Below are positions 39,701-52,600 of a stretch of 62,000 bases of DNA, piece by piece. Within the stretch, counting starts at the first letter, position 1, and every line of letters begins with the position of its first letter. The DNA is from Acanthaster planci (taxonomy: Eukaryota): assembly GCF_001949145.1 (NCBI RefSeq), contig NW_019091404.1:1488001-1550000 (forward strand), read 5' to 3'. The notes beneath the pieces are model-generated. The model ran no database searches. It saw nothing but the letters and a program-made list of their open reading frames with translations, and had not been told where the DNA came from. The translations under genes were made by a program, and so were the position numbers.

Positions 39701-42700
39701 ACAGCAAACCGCACGGGTAAGAAGAGTTAGCCGCTGTCGCATACCAAAATACTACGGAAACTTCCAGTCAGTGTTATTGAGTATGGTTCAGTGTGAACGT
39801 TAAAAAAAGTTAAACAGTGTGAATCTTATCTCCACTGACGGGAGGACATCTTTGTGGTTTTTGTACCGCTGAGCATACTGATCTCATGCACGTGACTGAA
39901 GCTTGTAACTTTCTTCTGAACAAAATATACTCAGGCTCTGTCAGAAAAGAAAGTCACACTTGGCTGAAGAGTTACACTTATTAGTGATGTCCTATGAACA
40001 AAATACTTTAGGAAAGAAAATCCTAATACAGTGTACTTAATTTAAAATAAGTAATCTGACCACGTCCTGATTTTGCGAGACTGTTTTACTTTTTGGGGGG
40101 GGAGGGGGGAAGAAACTCACCTTGATGAGCAGCTCCGTCTTCATGGCGTTGAACTGGAGCCTATCTGCGGCCAGGTCGTCCGGGGTCACGGTCAGCCCCT
40201 CCTTGCAGCTGTACATACACTGGATGGTGGGCTCCGTCTCCACATGGCCCGGGAGCACGCTCAATCCCGCCAAGTAGCCCTGGAAGTGGCCGCTGAAGCG
40301 ACCCTTGCCCCCTGTGCGTGCATCAGTATCAAAGTCTTTGGGTTAACCAGAAGGGCATGCAGGGGGCAGCAAACGCAAAAGGGGAAGGGGTTGGGGAGGG
40401 GGGGCAGAAGAACAAGCCAGGCATGCAGGAAGAGAGTGAGGAATGCAGACAGAACGACAGTTTAGGAAGGGGTTATCGTCAAGGATTACACGCATGAAAA
40501 AGGGGGGAAATGGATTGGTGCCATGGAAGGTGGGGTTGGTTAGGAGAAGCCGGGTCAAGGGTAAGTGCCATTTATAGGCAAGGGTACAAGGCAGCATAAA
40601 TTATAAGTATGAGGCATACAGCAGGCATGAACATTGACAAGACAACATACAAAACAACAACAGAGAAAAAAATTGACAACCCCGCGCCCACAAAATAGGC
40701 GATACGAAAAGAGACACGGGCATACGGAACCAGAAAGAATTAAACAAGGAGCAAAGAAATTATCAAGCGAGAGGAACATGCAGTTGGGAAGGGAGAGAGG
40801 GGGGAGGGTTGATTATTAAGGAGGTTAAGGTTTAAAAAGAAGTATGATTTAGGGAAAAAAGGGATGAAAAGGAGAAAAAAGAGGGAGAAAAAGGACCATG
40901 GAATGGTGTTTAGGATGAGAAAACGGTACAAGAAAAAAAAAAGAAGGGGGGAGGTTACCGATAAACAAGGGCATGGCCACACCACCTGCTACGAGACTAT
41001 GGCTACCTCCACCACAAAGTGCGCAGAGCAGGAAACAGTTACAGGGTGCACACATTTTCCACCAGAGGACCGCTATTGCATGTTTTTTTTTTTAAGGGGA
41101 TGTCAGAAATGCAATCGGGGTGTTGTCATTAATAGAGAGAGGACAGAAATTTCGGAATGTGGAAAACCAGGAAATAGTTAAGACGACACCAGGAGAAGGT
41201 AAAGTCTCTGATGACAGTAGAAATTTCAGTTCAAATTCAAGTTCACTTCAAATCAAAGGGCAGCATACATGTACTGACGGTAGGTTCATTAACCCTAACA
41301 GTCCTCAATCCTTCACCTGTTGGAGGACTGAGGACTGTTAGGGCTATTGTTAGTGCATTCAAATTGTCATTTAACTTTGAAATTTGAATTTATTTCTCAG
41401 TATAATTTTCATGAACATGATTTAAATATCATGTGGACGAGTCATTTCACATAGGTCAAAGGTCGTCACCACATCAAATCAACTCACCATCATAGCATGC
41501 CCCAATGGTCAGTGCAACTGGGTAGTTGCTGTGGTGAAGCGGCCAGTCATCAGAAATCATCTTAGTCTGATGCAGCTCACCATCAATGTAAAGCATCACC
41601 TGTAATGCACACAAAATATGTCATTCCAATCATATACATGTATATGCTCTAAGCATGACCAGTTGAGGGCGCTCTATACATAACACAAGTACAGAGCCTA
41701 GAGTAATGCCCACTGAGCAACTGACAGAACAAAGCTAATATTTACTTGTTTACGAGTGTTAATACTTCATGCACAGTTATCTTTGGGCAAGTAATGTTAC
41801 CAGGCAAGAACAACTTGACATTGATGCAATTTCACCAAGAGAGGGCTGTCGTGTCACACTTGCCTGCCCCACTGAGTACACTGTCATATTCCCTGCCTGC
41901 TTAATTGCATTTTCACTTCTCGCTGACAAAATATCCTCTGTGTGTTCTCTTTTTGTGTACATTTCTTTCCTCGGTTCTTCCAGCCTCATCAATTTCACAC
42001 TGGAACACAGAAGCAACTGGAAACCACAGAGGAACAAGAACCTAAAAAAAGTACAGAGCTAATTTACAGATCAGGCCTTGGTGGGTGCCTACAAAATCAA
42101 AAACAACCCGAAAATGAAGAAATGCTAATGATGCAAAACCCAGACGTGGACAAAGTCTGTGATCTCCTTCTTGCCAGAGTCTTCAGGCAGGAAAGGTCAA
42201 AGGGCATCTACGCTTCCCAGATTTTTGTTGACTTTTCCAGACCATCCATCAGTTGTTGGCAGAGTCAGCACATATCAACCTGAACAGACCTAGTTAGCAA
42301 CATATCACAAACACACATGCATGCACTGTGGGACAGCAGGTCTGCAACTGTTTCATGAATGCTGCTCCAGCAAGCCAACCCCTATGCCAAAACCACACTG
42401 TCGCAACCTGGATTTTTGCCCCAAACATGAAACGGTTGGCTGTTAATCAGTTTCCGGGAGATGGCTAATTGCTCCGAGCCCCCCACCAGGACTCGTGGGG
42501 GAAATCAAGCATGCTATTTTCTCCAGCTCGAGTGCTTTTCTTGGGATCTTAATGCAATATCCTGGTCTCCATTTATGTGATAATAAACGTGATGTTTAAG
42601 GTGTACTAGTTTCAAACCCGGCCAACAGACACAAAATCAGGCCCTTCTACTATGACATCACTTGAAAACGTGCATCAGTTCAATACTCTCTGTTGTCAAA

Positions 42701-45685
42701 TGTAGTGACTGAAAAAAAAATCCATCATGAGCGATGCCTAGAGGCTTGACTGGAAGTCCTTTTAAATTTGACTGCATTCGGGGCCATATTTTGCTTTTGA
42801 CGCTAATGTCGGACACTGGGATGGAAAATTGATTATTTTGTGTACAGGCGTGTCATACATAGTGTGGACTTCTGCACAGAAAAAGTCCACATAATGCAGG
42901 GTACAATGGCGTTGTGTGGACTTGCACACGTCCACACAATGTTCCCCCCTCTCTGAAAAACAGTTTCGAGGCATTTTGGGGTCAAGGTTATCTGTTGCAA
43001 AATGAAGAGAAACAGTTCTGGGAATCATCATCAAAAATCCAGCTCGAAGGAGTTATCCTAGTGGGAGAAAAAGGAGCATTTACCTTAACCACAGGAGAAC
43101 AAGGGAATGTCCACACTTCGTATGTCAAACAAGTGTCAATGTGTGGGGGGGTGTGTGTTTGCCAAACACTAATGCACGGAACCCTCAATTGGAAAACTGA
43201 CAACCACTGACATAATTTGTATGCAATAATCAATTTGAAAAAAAAATCCAGTATGCAGCTGCTGTGTACATGAAGTTATCAAGTACACGAGTCTGTACCG
43301 TGGTGCATTTTTTCTTGAATCATGCAAATGAGGGTTGAACATGTATTAGATTTGTACTCGGTCAACCACTTAATCAAAATATCGAATTTCATGATCAGTG
43401 ATACTGTCATTAATAGAGTAACTGATATTGACAAGGAACCCCAATGTTTTGTGTGTTAAGGGCTCTGGGGGGCAGAATGTCAGACTGGTTCACGTCTAGC
43501 CATCAGCTGATGCATAATTAAGTCAGGTATGCCGCACCTGTGCCCTGCGCATGCATTATAAATGAGTATTGCACACGGAGACGCACGCAATGACTGCCTC
43601 AAGGGACGATGATGCAACGGAAGTGGTCCAAAGAAAATGGCTCTCACTCGGAGCACGAGAAGGCCTCGCAAAGGGAGAAAAATCAAGAAAACAATGATGC
43701 GAAATAACCTGATCGGAGAATTTTTGTGCAGCTCAACGCGAGAGGGCAAAACACTTGTTCCAAAGGAAGGAAAGCATAACCCTTAATCTAGTGGAAAATA
43801 GCACTGCAAATCTTGCTTGCACAGGTGTCTCTTTCAAAGGTCCTGTTTGGATTCGCCCGACATTACTAACACTCAAGATGTAATTTGGAACCTTTACCCA
43901 CATCAAATTCCGAGATTACTTTCTAAGGTTCACACTTCGACACACCTTCCACTCACAAATCTAGGAGGGCTTAATTTTCACAGCTTTCCAAGGAGGCCCC
44001 CCATCCCCACCAAAAATTGGTGGGGGGGGCAGTGACCTGACAGGGAAGGAGGACATACCGAGGGGAAATCGACATTGAAGGTGTAGCGATGCCACTGCTT
44101 GTCGCAGACCTCATCCACCTTCCAGCGAAACTCGGTGGGGAAGAAGGCGTCACTCTTGCCCTCGTCCTGGTGACGCAGCAGCAGGACCAGACGGCAGTTG
44201 TGGATGAAGACGGCGTAGTGGTGACGGTTCAGGCCTGGGGGAGGGTTAGATGGATAGAGGGTAAGGGGCAAATAAGGGCTTTCCAGAAAGGTTTCACATC
44301 AGAGAGGAAATTTGAGACAAAGACCAACTTTATACTACTAGGAATCCCAAGATGTGAAAAAGGTGGCCAATTTCTTTCAAAAGTGACACATTTTGGTGAT
44401 AGACGAGGTAGGTTTTAGGAGAGGCAATTGATCTGGTGAATTGTTCTGCAGTGCATGAGTTTTCATTGGTCAGAGGAGCTCTATGGAAATAGTGGAGTTA
44501 ACAATTAATCGTCACGATCAAGTGTATTATCGGGCCAGATTTGTGCTGTAGTAAGGAAAGTGCTCAGGCCAACTGTTAAAACAAATGTGAAATTATCATC
44601 TTAAAGACCACGACTCACCTTCGCTGTCGGAGCTGCAGAGAATGTGCTCCTTATTCAGCCCTTCCGTCTCACCGTGCTTCATCCAGTAGGAGATACTGAA
44701 GCGGTAGGTCAGGTTGGACGGGGCATACTTCTCGGGAATGATGACGGCGCTCTCCTCCCCGTCAAACTCGTAGATCTGCTCGCTGTCGTGGCCCTCGTCA
44801 GTCAGCAGGTCCTCTGTCCACTTCTGGCCCAGGCTTGGGGAGGGGAGGAGATCATAACTTCCCGCTGCTGAACCTGTAAATGAAGAGAGGCTAAATCAAG
44901 CAAATGCTACACCATACTTGAACTGTGGCTCTATTAATGGATGGCTAACTTGGATGGTCATTTTCAAGGGCCACTTTGGTGGCCATTGTGTCCAGTGACC
45001 ACTGTGGTGCCATCCTTTTCAGAGGCCACTTTTTTTCAGAGGCCACTTTGGTGGCCACTTTTTTCAGAGGCCACTATGCTGGCCATCATTTTTCAGAGGC
45101 CACTTTATGGTTGCCTCTTTCAGAGATCACTGTGATGGCCTCCCAGGCAGACGGCTCATAAATTCCCTCCCCTAGGTTAACTCACCGCAGAGTTTTCGCT
45201 GAGAATCGGCCGAGTAGGTTTCACGATCGCAGCCGAAGCCGATGTGTCTGGTCTGGAGCTTGACTGTTGTGATGACCTCGCTAGTGGTGCAGTTGGGCTG
45301 GGTGCAGGTCTCCAAGTGCATCATAGGAGCTAGGGGCTGCACCCCGGAGCCTGGGCTGTACTCAATGCGTCTTGGAACACCTGCTCAAAAAAAAGTCGCA
45401 AGTTTCATGTTCAAAGTGGGAATGAACGCAATTCCTATCTAGTTACAACCACCGAAGAATGACTGGTCTTCCAACATTCAGATCAGAGATTCATTGGTTC
45501 CTTACTTTTAATCAGAGAGACAGCGACTGTTTCCCTACCTTTCCATCCAGGAGAGCACAGTTTGCTGACGGTGATTGTCACGGGGACCGGCTCACTGCTC
45601 CGGCCTCCGCAGTCATACGCAACAACATTGAAGAGGTAGCGTGACTGAATCTCAGCATCAAGGGCCTTGGTGGTTGAGATACGGC
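33725..45685 (-). CDS. CLSTN1: Calsyntenin (alcadein) homolog, 5'-partial, about 740 aa visible; exons 45685-45539, 45380-45186, 44873-44619, 44234-44059, 41599-41488, 40311-40121, 39693-39587, 39399-39191, 38972-38802, 38613-38471, 38190-38031, 35080-34914, 33913-33725
   Basis: In order: end of cadherin repeat 2 (VVAYDCGG...CSPGWKG), HIGFGCDRETYS, the LNS/LamG domain (WMKHG, KEHILCSSD, NRHHYAVFIHNCRL, EFRWKVDEVCDKQWH, DWPLH, IGACY), SCKEGL, YFNSRKFPTPG, CTELNGRFQSNEY, the TM segment TIVIVICVGFLVFMIVLGVFRI, then cytoplasmic DWDDSAL, NPME, an acidic tract and LEWDDSTLKF*. All 12 introns are GT-AG with consistent phases. Likely co-ortholog of CLSTN1/2/3. The N-terminal exons were not found in 45.7-59.1 kb. 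Confidence 0.96.
35473..35714. repeat. Tandem duplication, 2 x 119 bp
   Basis: The unit gtaaacactgtgacatgtcatcgggtatgac...catcgtaactct starts at 35473 and again at 35592. I count 3 substitutions between the copies. Confidence 0.9.
37617..38052. repeat. 67-bp minisatellite (about 6.5 copies) spanning a calsyntenin exon/intron junction
   Basis: ctgaactcac recurs at 38021, 37954, 37887, 37820 and 37753 (period 67), with degenerate copies near 37688 and 37617. Confidence 0.95.
41293..41343. repeat. Near-perfect 51-nt hairpin (23-bp stem, 5-nt loop); possible minimal piggyBac-type MITE
   Basis: ccctaacagtcctcaatccttca-cctgt-tggaggactgaggactgttaggg gives 21/23 Watson-Crick pairs. It is preceded by TTAA; the right flank is ctat. 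Confidence 0.75.
44956..45140. repeat. Degenerate minisatellite (TTTTCAGAGGCCACT..GGTGGCCA core) filling much of a 312-nt calsyntenin intron
   Basis: Four exact ttttcagaggccact cores plus degenerate flanking copies, at a period of roughly 17-31 bp. Confidence 0.8.
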
Positions 45686-48600
45686 CTGAAAGACAAAGGA
45701 TGACAAATTTTAATCTCAGACTGTGACATGGATCTAACCAGCCAACACCAATGGCTAAGCTGGATGGTTTAGCAGTTGAGAGGCTGGCACCTTTAGAGGT
45801 ATGTTGGGTTTGAACCCTTAAGTGGGTGTTAATTTGTTGCTGTATGAACCACTCACTCAGCAACTCCGAAAAAATCTCAAATTCATGATGGTGATCCAGC
45901 AGAAACAAACTGAAATTCGAACAGAATTTGATCATTTACCCTATCTTCCTTCTGTCCAGTGTGAAACTTAATCCAACGCTTAACCCATCAGTTAACATAT
46001 ATCAAATCCATTCTGTACATGTGTACAGCATAAAATTCTATGGGATCTGATACAATACTCATGTTAGCGACTCCAGCAAGCACCTGAATCGAATTTAATG
46101 AGGAATTCCATCTTTTTATTCAAACAGCATGTGAAAGACTTCAATTTCAACAAATCACATCTGAGATCGATTTCTTCATGGCAGCAAGGTGGTTGTCATG
46201 GCGATGAAATTTCCTAGCAATTTCCATTAAGGACATGTGGAGACTTGGTCACATTCTTGGGATTATTTTGAGGCAGAGTTGAAGAGAACGTGACAAAAAC
46301 AGCAGAGAGCTGTGAGTCTGTTCTGAACAAGGACTGAACTAGTAAATGAAGTAGCTTAATGAGTGACTCAAGGCAACCAAATTGCAAGAAAACTGCCTTA
46401 ACCTCTTAGATCAATAACAGCTGGCCACTGGGATCATGTCAAGATTCAAGTCCATAATCTTGGGCAACGAACCTTGTCCCTTTAATTGCTTGTGTACTTT
46501 CAAATCCCTCCCCCCTGAAATTTCCGCTGCCAGGAACTGTGCATGTCCCGCACGTGACACTTCACGGGCCCAAAGCCTTGGTGACTCCCAAACAGCGTGG
46601 TGTCCTGAATTGACACAGGCTTGGACTCATTACCTCCAGGGTCAGATTTCCCATTCCTTCATTTTTCCTTACCCCTCTCCCCCTGCACTTGGCAAGCATT
46701 TACAGCCCATCTGGGTCTCATTTTTATTCCAATTCTCTGGAAGGTACACAATCTGTGGACCAGGCCTGGCTTGAATTCTGTCTGACGTCAAGGTATAGGT
46801 GGGAGGCAATATGGAATGTCACAACCTCAACCAGCACAGGTTTGTCATTACATTTGTCAACCAGAAAGTTCTGCTTTTGCTGTATTTTTGTTAATTTCTT
46901 GTTGGAAGTGCAAGTTAAGTGCAAGTTCAACTTTCAAATCTGAACTTGAAGTAATATTAAAAATCAATAACTTAGTTTTCCAAATAACTATCAAGCTTGT
47001 AAGTATTAACCACTTGCTGCCGGGTGGTTTGAAAAAATGCAGTGCACATAATCGGGACTTTTTCAAGATTTTCAGTTTTCAAGATTCTTCAAAAACTCAT
47101 CATTTCAATTAATGGACATTTACACCCATATGAATTACTGTCTGGTGGCCACTCTAGTCTGACAGACAAAATCTACTGACGCCAGAGTGTTTCAGCCAGG
47201 CCTGCAGCCTTGTAAAAAGAGCCCAGATTGTGCGGTATGTAACTTTCTTTTGTTCACGAACCTGGCACAGTGCACTGCTGACCTCTTTTCAATAGGGGCT
47301 AGATTAGCTTGCAGTGGTGCTGTGTGGCTCATCGCTGCGGTAGTGGAGCCCTTTTGTCCCTGATGGTAATTCGCTCACACTAAATGCCCCGAGCCGCGGT
47401 ATATTATTTCAAAACAAGGCTGCATTATCTCCACTATTGAGAGTGAAAAAATGTCGCTAATGCCCAGCAGCCTGGTCTTTTGTTCCGAGTACAGTCTTTT
47501 GTTACAAGGACCAGTTCCCTTTGTCCGATTTCGGAGACCCCAGCCACGCATATAAACACACGGTGCCCGAAACCGGGCTCCCCGGCAGAAAGTGGTTAAA
47601 ACTAACTCCCTCGAGTGCAGGCAAAACAGTTTCTGGTTGCCTGCACAATGCACAAGTATCAAAACGACGACGTCTTCAAAAAGAGGAATTCTTCTGAAAA
47701 CGTGTTTTTAAAGCTGCACTTTGGATCTGAATTAAATCACTGGGCAAAGGGTTCGCCGGAGGGGGAAAAATATCTCCGGCTCTCACAAGGTCCATTAGCC
47801 TGGATGTGGGCAACGGCTATTATGAATTCTATGGAGGATGAATCTGAAGGAAAAAAGCATCATTCCTCTTGTAACAGGGAGGCATAGCTTGTCTCTTCCT
47901 GAAGACGACTCAGCTGTGTGCATGGGCAAAGACTACCTTTCTAAACTGTCACTTCAATTTGGTGGGCTAGATTACAATGCTCTGGTGACATGTTGAGTGG
48001 CCAATTATTGACAGAGCGTGTACCGGTGCTCCCACACCGGGTATAAAATGCCTAATATTTTGAGACGGTTTAGTAATACAGACTGTCCCATATCCCTCTC
48101 CTGGTCAACCGTAAATTTTGGCAAGTTTCTCTTTCTATTCATCTGGAAATCTAGAGGTACTTTTTATCTGAGGCATTGGAGTTAGATGATGTTTGTCTTC
48201 TTTCGTTTGTTTTTTATTTAAAAAAAAAAAGAATCCACAAGAGGACCTGACTGAAAACCCACAAAATTCAAGCATCAATGATAAAGATGTTCAGTACAGC
48301 CTGCTAGTCCCTTGTCTAAAAAAAAGTGCATGTATATGATTTCCGTAATTAGTGACTGAAATTACAAATCAAAGTTTTTACAGTTGCAAGGTCAGGGTTG
48401 CCATAGAAATGGCATTTTGTCATGTAATGAATTCAATGGGCGAACAAACTGAATATAGCCCGGTATTATTGTTCACAACTGATTAACATAGTCCCATCCC
48501 ATTTCTGGACTTATACCTGTACTTTCTAACAGTATTCAAGCAAACATCACTAGTCTCATTGCTTTTTTTCAAATGACTAAATTCAAGTTTCAACTTCCAG

Positions 48601-49254
48601 ATAGACTTGCTTTTCGGAATCATCAACAATACTATTTCAGTGCATGTGTCTTTAATCTCTCTCCCCGAACCAATGAAAAGGAAATAAAAAAAAAATCCAT
48701 CACTGTCATCAGGTCCAATTTTGGGATCCAGCTGTTTGCAAGCTTCCTGTCCCTCCTAGCGACAATCACAACCCACCTACCGCGCAACAAAATTTCCCTC
48801 AAAAACATGTTCGTAAAATTTTGGTTGGCCTGTCCACTCTCTTCATCCACTCTCATTGGTAACCCGCACCGTTCGCCACACGGCCCCCCCCTCCGTAGCA
48901 CCACCAAGCTGATGGAGTGACAAGTGATCCCATCCAATTAAACCATGAGTTAAAAGGTTCTCCACCTGCAGACAACCACACTCTCATAAACTCGAGAGAA
49001 CTACACGTACGGTTGCGTGCACTGCGCACGTCTATCCATTACCTTTCTCATGCAAACATTTACACTCGGTAAAATAGGATTCTTTTTCTCCTCAACTCCC
49101 ACAAGCCACATTTCCCTGGCTGTTCTAAATTTCTGAACTGGCCAAACAACCTCAGCGAGCTCGGTGGTCAAGTGGTTAAAGACGTCTACATTGAGTGCAC
49201 TGCTAACTTAATATGCAGTACATTTACACGTATCTATGTGCACATGTACGCAAT

Positions 49255-49683
49255 AGAGGGATCCCAATACGACGCTTTTAGCCTCGATCTGCGCATTTCC
49301 GCGTTTGGAAACAAGGCTGTATGTGTCGGCTTCAATTCCTAATACGATCAGACGATTGACAGTAAGGAGTCAAGACACAAAATACATAAAGGTATGTTAA
49401 ATTCAGACTTTTCAGGCTGAAAAGTTTTGTGGAAGAGTCTTTCAGGATGACTCCACATGTTAAATCAAAAGAAAAAATAACGACAATTGACCGCGAACTA
49501 ACTACCTGCGATGGTTGTGTATCTTGTGCAGTGGGCGTGGTTTAAACTGAAGTGGCGTCACACTTACGAACCAGATACTCCATGTACTGTGTGGACTCCG
49601 CGGGCGCGCGTGAGGAAGTTCAACACAGAGACCTTCGGTTTCGATGCAGATATGCGCAGACGGCGCTAATGTGAAATCCCTCT
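49255..49683. mobile_element. AT-flanked non-autonomous DNA transposon, 429 bp (ISL2EU/Harbinger-like, tentative)
   Basis: Ends are AT|agagggat and atccctct|AT. The inverted match extends inward: ttagcctcgatctgcgcatttccgcgtttggaaacaagg pairs with ccttcggtttcgatgcagatatgcgcagacggcgctaa. The superfamily is inferred from the termini only. Confidence 0.65.
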
Positions 49684-52600
49684 ATACATATCCTAGTATC
49701 ACCTGTCGTTCATGTACATTATATACTAGGGAAGGTCTGTACGTACAGTGCATATAACCTGATACATTTTGGAAAAGCCATATTCCAATTTTCATTGAAA
49801 TCCCGGTAAAACAATAATAGTACAGAATTTTTATAAAGCGCCCTCCATAAAAATGACCTTAGATTGCCGAGCAATTATATAACGATTAAAAATTGAAATT
49901 ACATGTAATTAGTAAAAATGTAACAGTTAAAGTTGAAATCGAAATAATATATGAGATACAATGATAGGTCGAAACATAACCATTCAACAGAATCATTAGC
50001 ATACATGTCGATGTTGCAATTGAGAAAAATAAACTAAAAATTCTGTTCACATGTACGACGTAAATTCCTATTCAAATGAAATAAAATCCACTGCATGCAT
50101 TTTGAAACATCTGTTATGAAGAATAACAAAAAAAAAGATGTTGCAGATTAATTATCTGTGTTCTGGATGGGGGATCCAGTCACAATAATCACAAGACAGC
50201 TTGAACTTGGCACTGGCGGCCAATTAGCCAGCTGTGTTAAATAATCGATGGGTGACCTTGCTGCGATAGGAGGGCTCAACTACGACAACTACCCGGTGAC
50301 GAGGAAGGTGGGAGTGGGGAGAGAAAAGTGCATGTCACACAAGGAGGCACCATTAATGAAAGGCAGGTGTAGGGTTAAAATTTATTTCTACTTCCAAATC
50401 ACCCTGTGAACTGAGAGTTGAAAGTATTTCTGGATACAAAACCCTGATGTTGCATGGGGATTGCAACCGTAGACACGTTAATTGCTGAGTGCTGGGAATT
50501 CAAAACCAGAGACAAGCTAGTAATTGAATGGCCTTGCAGTTGAGAATATTTTGAACGCACTTCTCAATACCAATTGGTGATATCACTTCAACAGAGCACG
50601 GAATAAACACCTGTTTATGTAATACCTGCAGTGAAGCTCACTGCATAGAACAGCGCCATTGATTATCGGAATATACCCGGTATGCTGTCCACCATGCTAT
50701 GATGTAGGATGTACTGCAACACGTACATTGAACGTATGCCGGAGAGTCTGCTGATGTTATTTGCAGTGACAAACACGAGTCATGTTTCGGCAGAGCTTCT
50801 TGTGATACATGCTGCTACATACGCAAGGCGTGCCTGACAAACCCTGACCCAAAATATTCAACATTTCTTAGCATCGGCATTACTTTCACAAAAGAGCGAA
50901 GGGAAAAACTGTCCAGCAAAATGAAGAACAGGCCATGTGTACATGTACACTTGTGTGGCTTGTGCACACGAATGTGTACTCTTTGAACATGTACATGTAC
51001 GCAAAGCTGGCACGTTTGTACATGTACAATATAGTCACAGCTATCTGTACATGTCATCACTAGTCATCATGTGTTTGGTACATGCAAAGGGAAGCTTGTA
51101 CCATTTCTGATACATGTACAAATAGGACCATGAGTATCTTCATTTAAATCCGACAATGGAGCTGCATAGCTGTAGAGCCAACGTGTAGTTCACAACGGCT
51201 GTAATTTGCCAACGACTGGCATTATTCCTTTCATGTTCTCGGGCAACAATACATGCATGCCAATTCTCGCTTGCCAGCGGTCACGTCTCCTGCAAGGTTG
51301 TCACACTGGAGCGGGTACTAGTCCGGCGACCGGTAGACAAAACAACAATGGGACCTCACCAGGCGCTCATCTGCAAATAATCATTCATGAGGTCCAGCGG
51401 CATACTCTTGAGGAGACCACGATCGAAACTTGCAGAAGACTGGCATGACCATGAAATAAAAGTGACAACAGAAAAAAAATGACTGCTTCATGGAATTTGT
51501 ATAGACACTTGCCCATAGGAGACAGGCATGACAACTGCAACCAGGCTTGACAGAAACCAGAGCCATTTAAAGTTCAAGCATACTTGAACTGAAGCAAAGT
51601 GCCAGCGATTTGGTGGCAATTTGTGTTTAATGTCTTTGTCCCTGATCTGTTAATATTTTTACAGCGACTGTCTTCATTACAGCATGCAAATAATATCTGG
51701 CTTTACACTCAAGGAACTTAACTATACAGGTGTCTTTGAATGAGGCAGTCTGTTTCCACCATTATGTCATCTTCGGGGAACAATTCGGTAGTCAATTCAC
51801 TTGATTTCATGACTTGCAAGTTTCGACTATCAATGGGGTATTCGTCAACGGGGTACTTTGAATCAAGCTGAACCCCCGCCTCAAAATTAAACTTGTCTTT
51901 TCAAAACACCGTGCTCCTGATGACATTCTGGTAATTGAATAATTTGGCATGGCTAGCAATGAAGATGGTTGTGGAAGTGCACCCATTCTTCTGCTATGGA
52001 TACTGTAACAACACACGTACATATACAATGTACATATAACGACATGTAGGAGTATATAAAAGCAATTCGGAAATGTTAATGGCCTGGAGCTGACTGTCGT
52101 CTTACATAAGTTACGATTTGTTCGAACTTACAAAGCCTAGCAAGTCCATACCTGGTTCAAATCAAAGCTACACCTGCAGTGTCTTTTATTTTCAGAGGAA
52201 TCTGAATAGCACCCCGTTGAAGCCGTGCCACGGGAGAAGAAAAGAGACAGGAAAAAATGGCTTCTCTGCATCCATCAGACTGCCAACTCCACGGAGTGAA
52301 TTCCGGGGCGGCCGACCAACGCTGACAGTATCAGATTTGCTGCCCTGGCATGTCTGCATTTAGGCCTTAACAAGCGAGCGTGACTATGAACCCAACGTCG
52401 CAAAGGGGGAGAAAAATAATCATACTGACTACAGTTGCCCTTAAGATGCCTACCTCACCCTAATGATCGACCAGCCTACTAGTAATTCTGTGAGACAACC
52501 TCTTTCTCAAACCCCCCCCCAAAAAAAACCCCACAAAATTGAAACAGTATAAGCAGCAATATTCAACCATGAGATCTCTGACTGATGAACAATTCCCAGC

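Noticed and set aside
49155..49200. tRNA-like box A (ggtggtcaagtggttaaagacg)
   Set aside because: No box B follows. At most it is a truncated SINE head.
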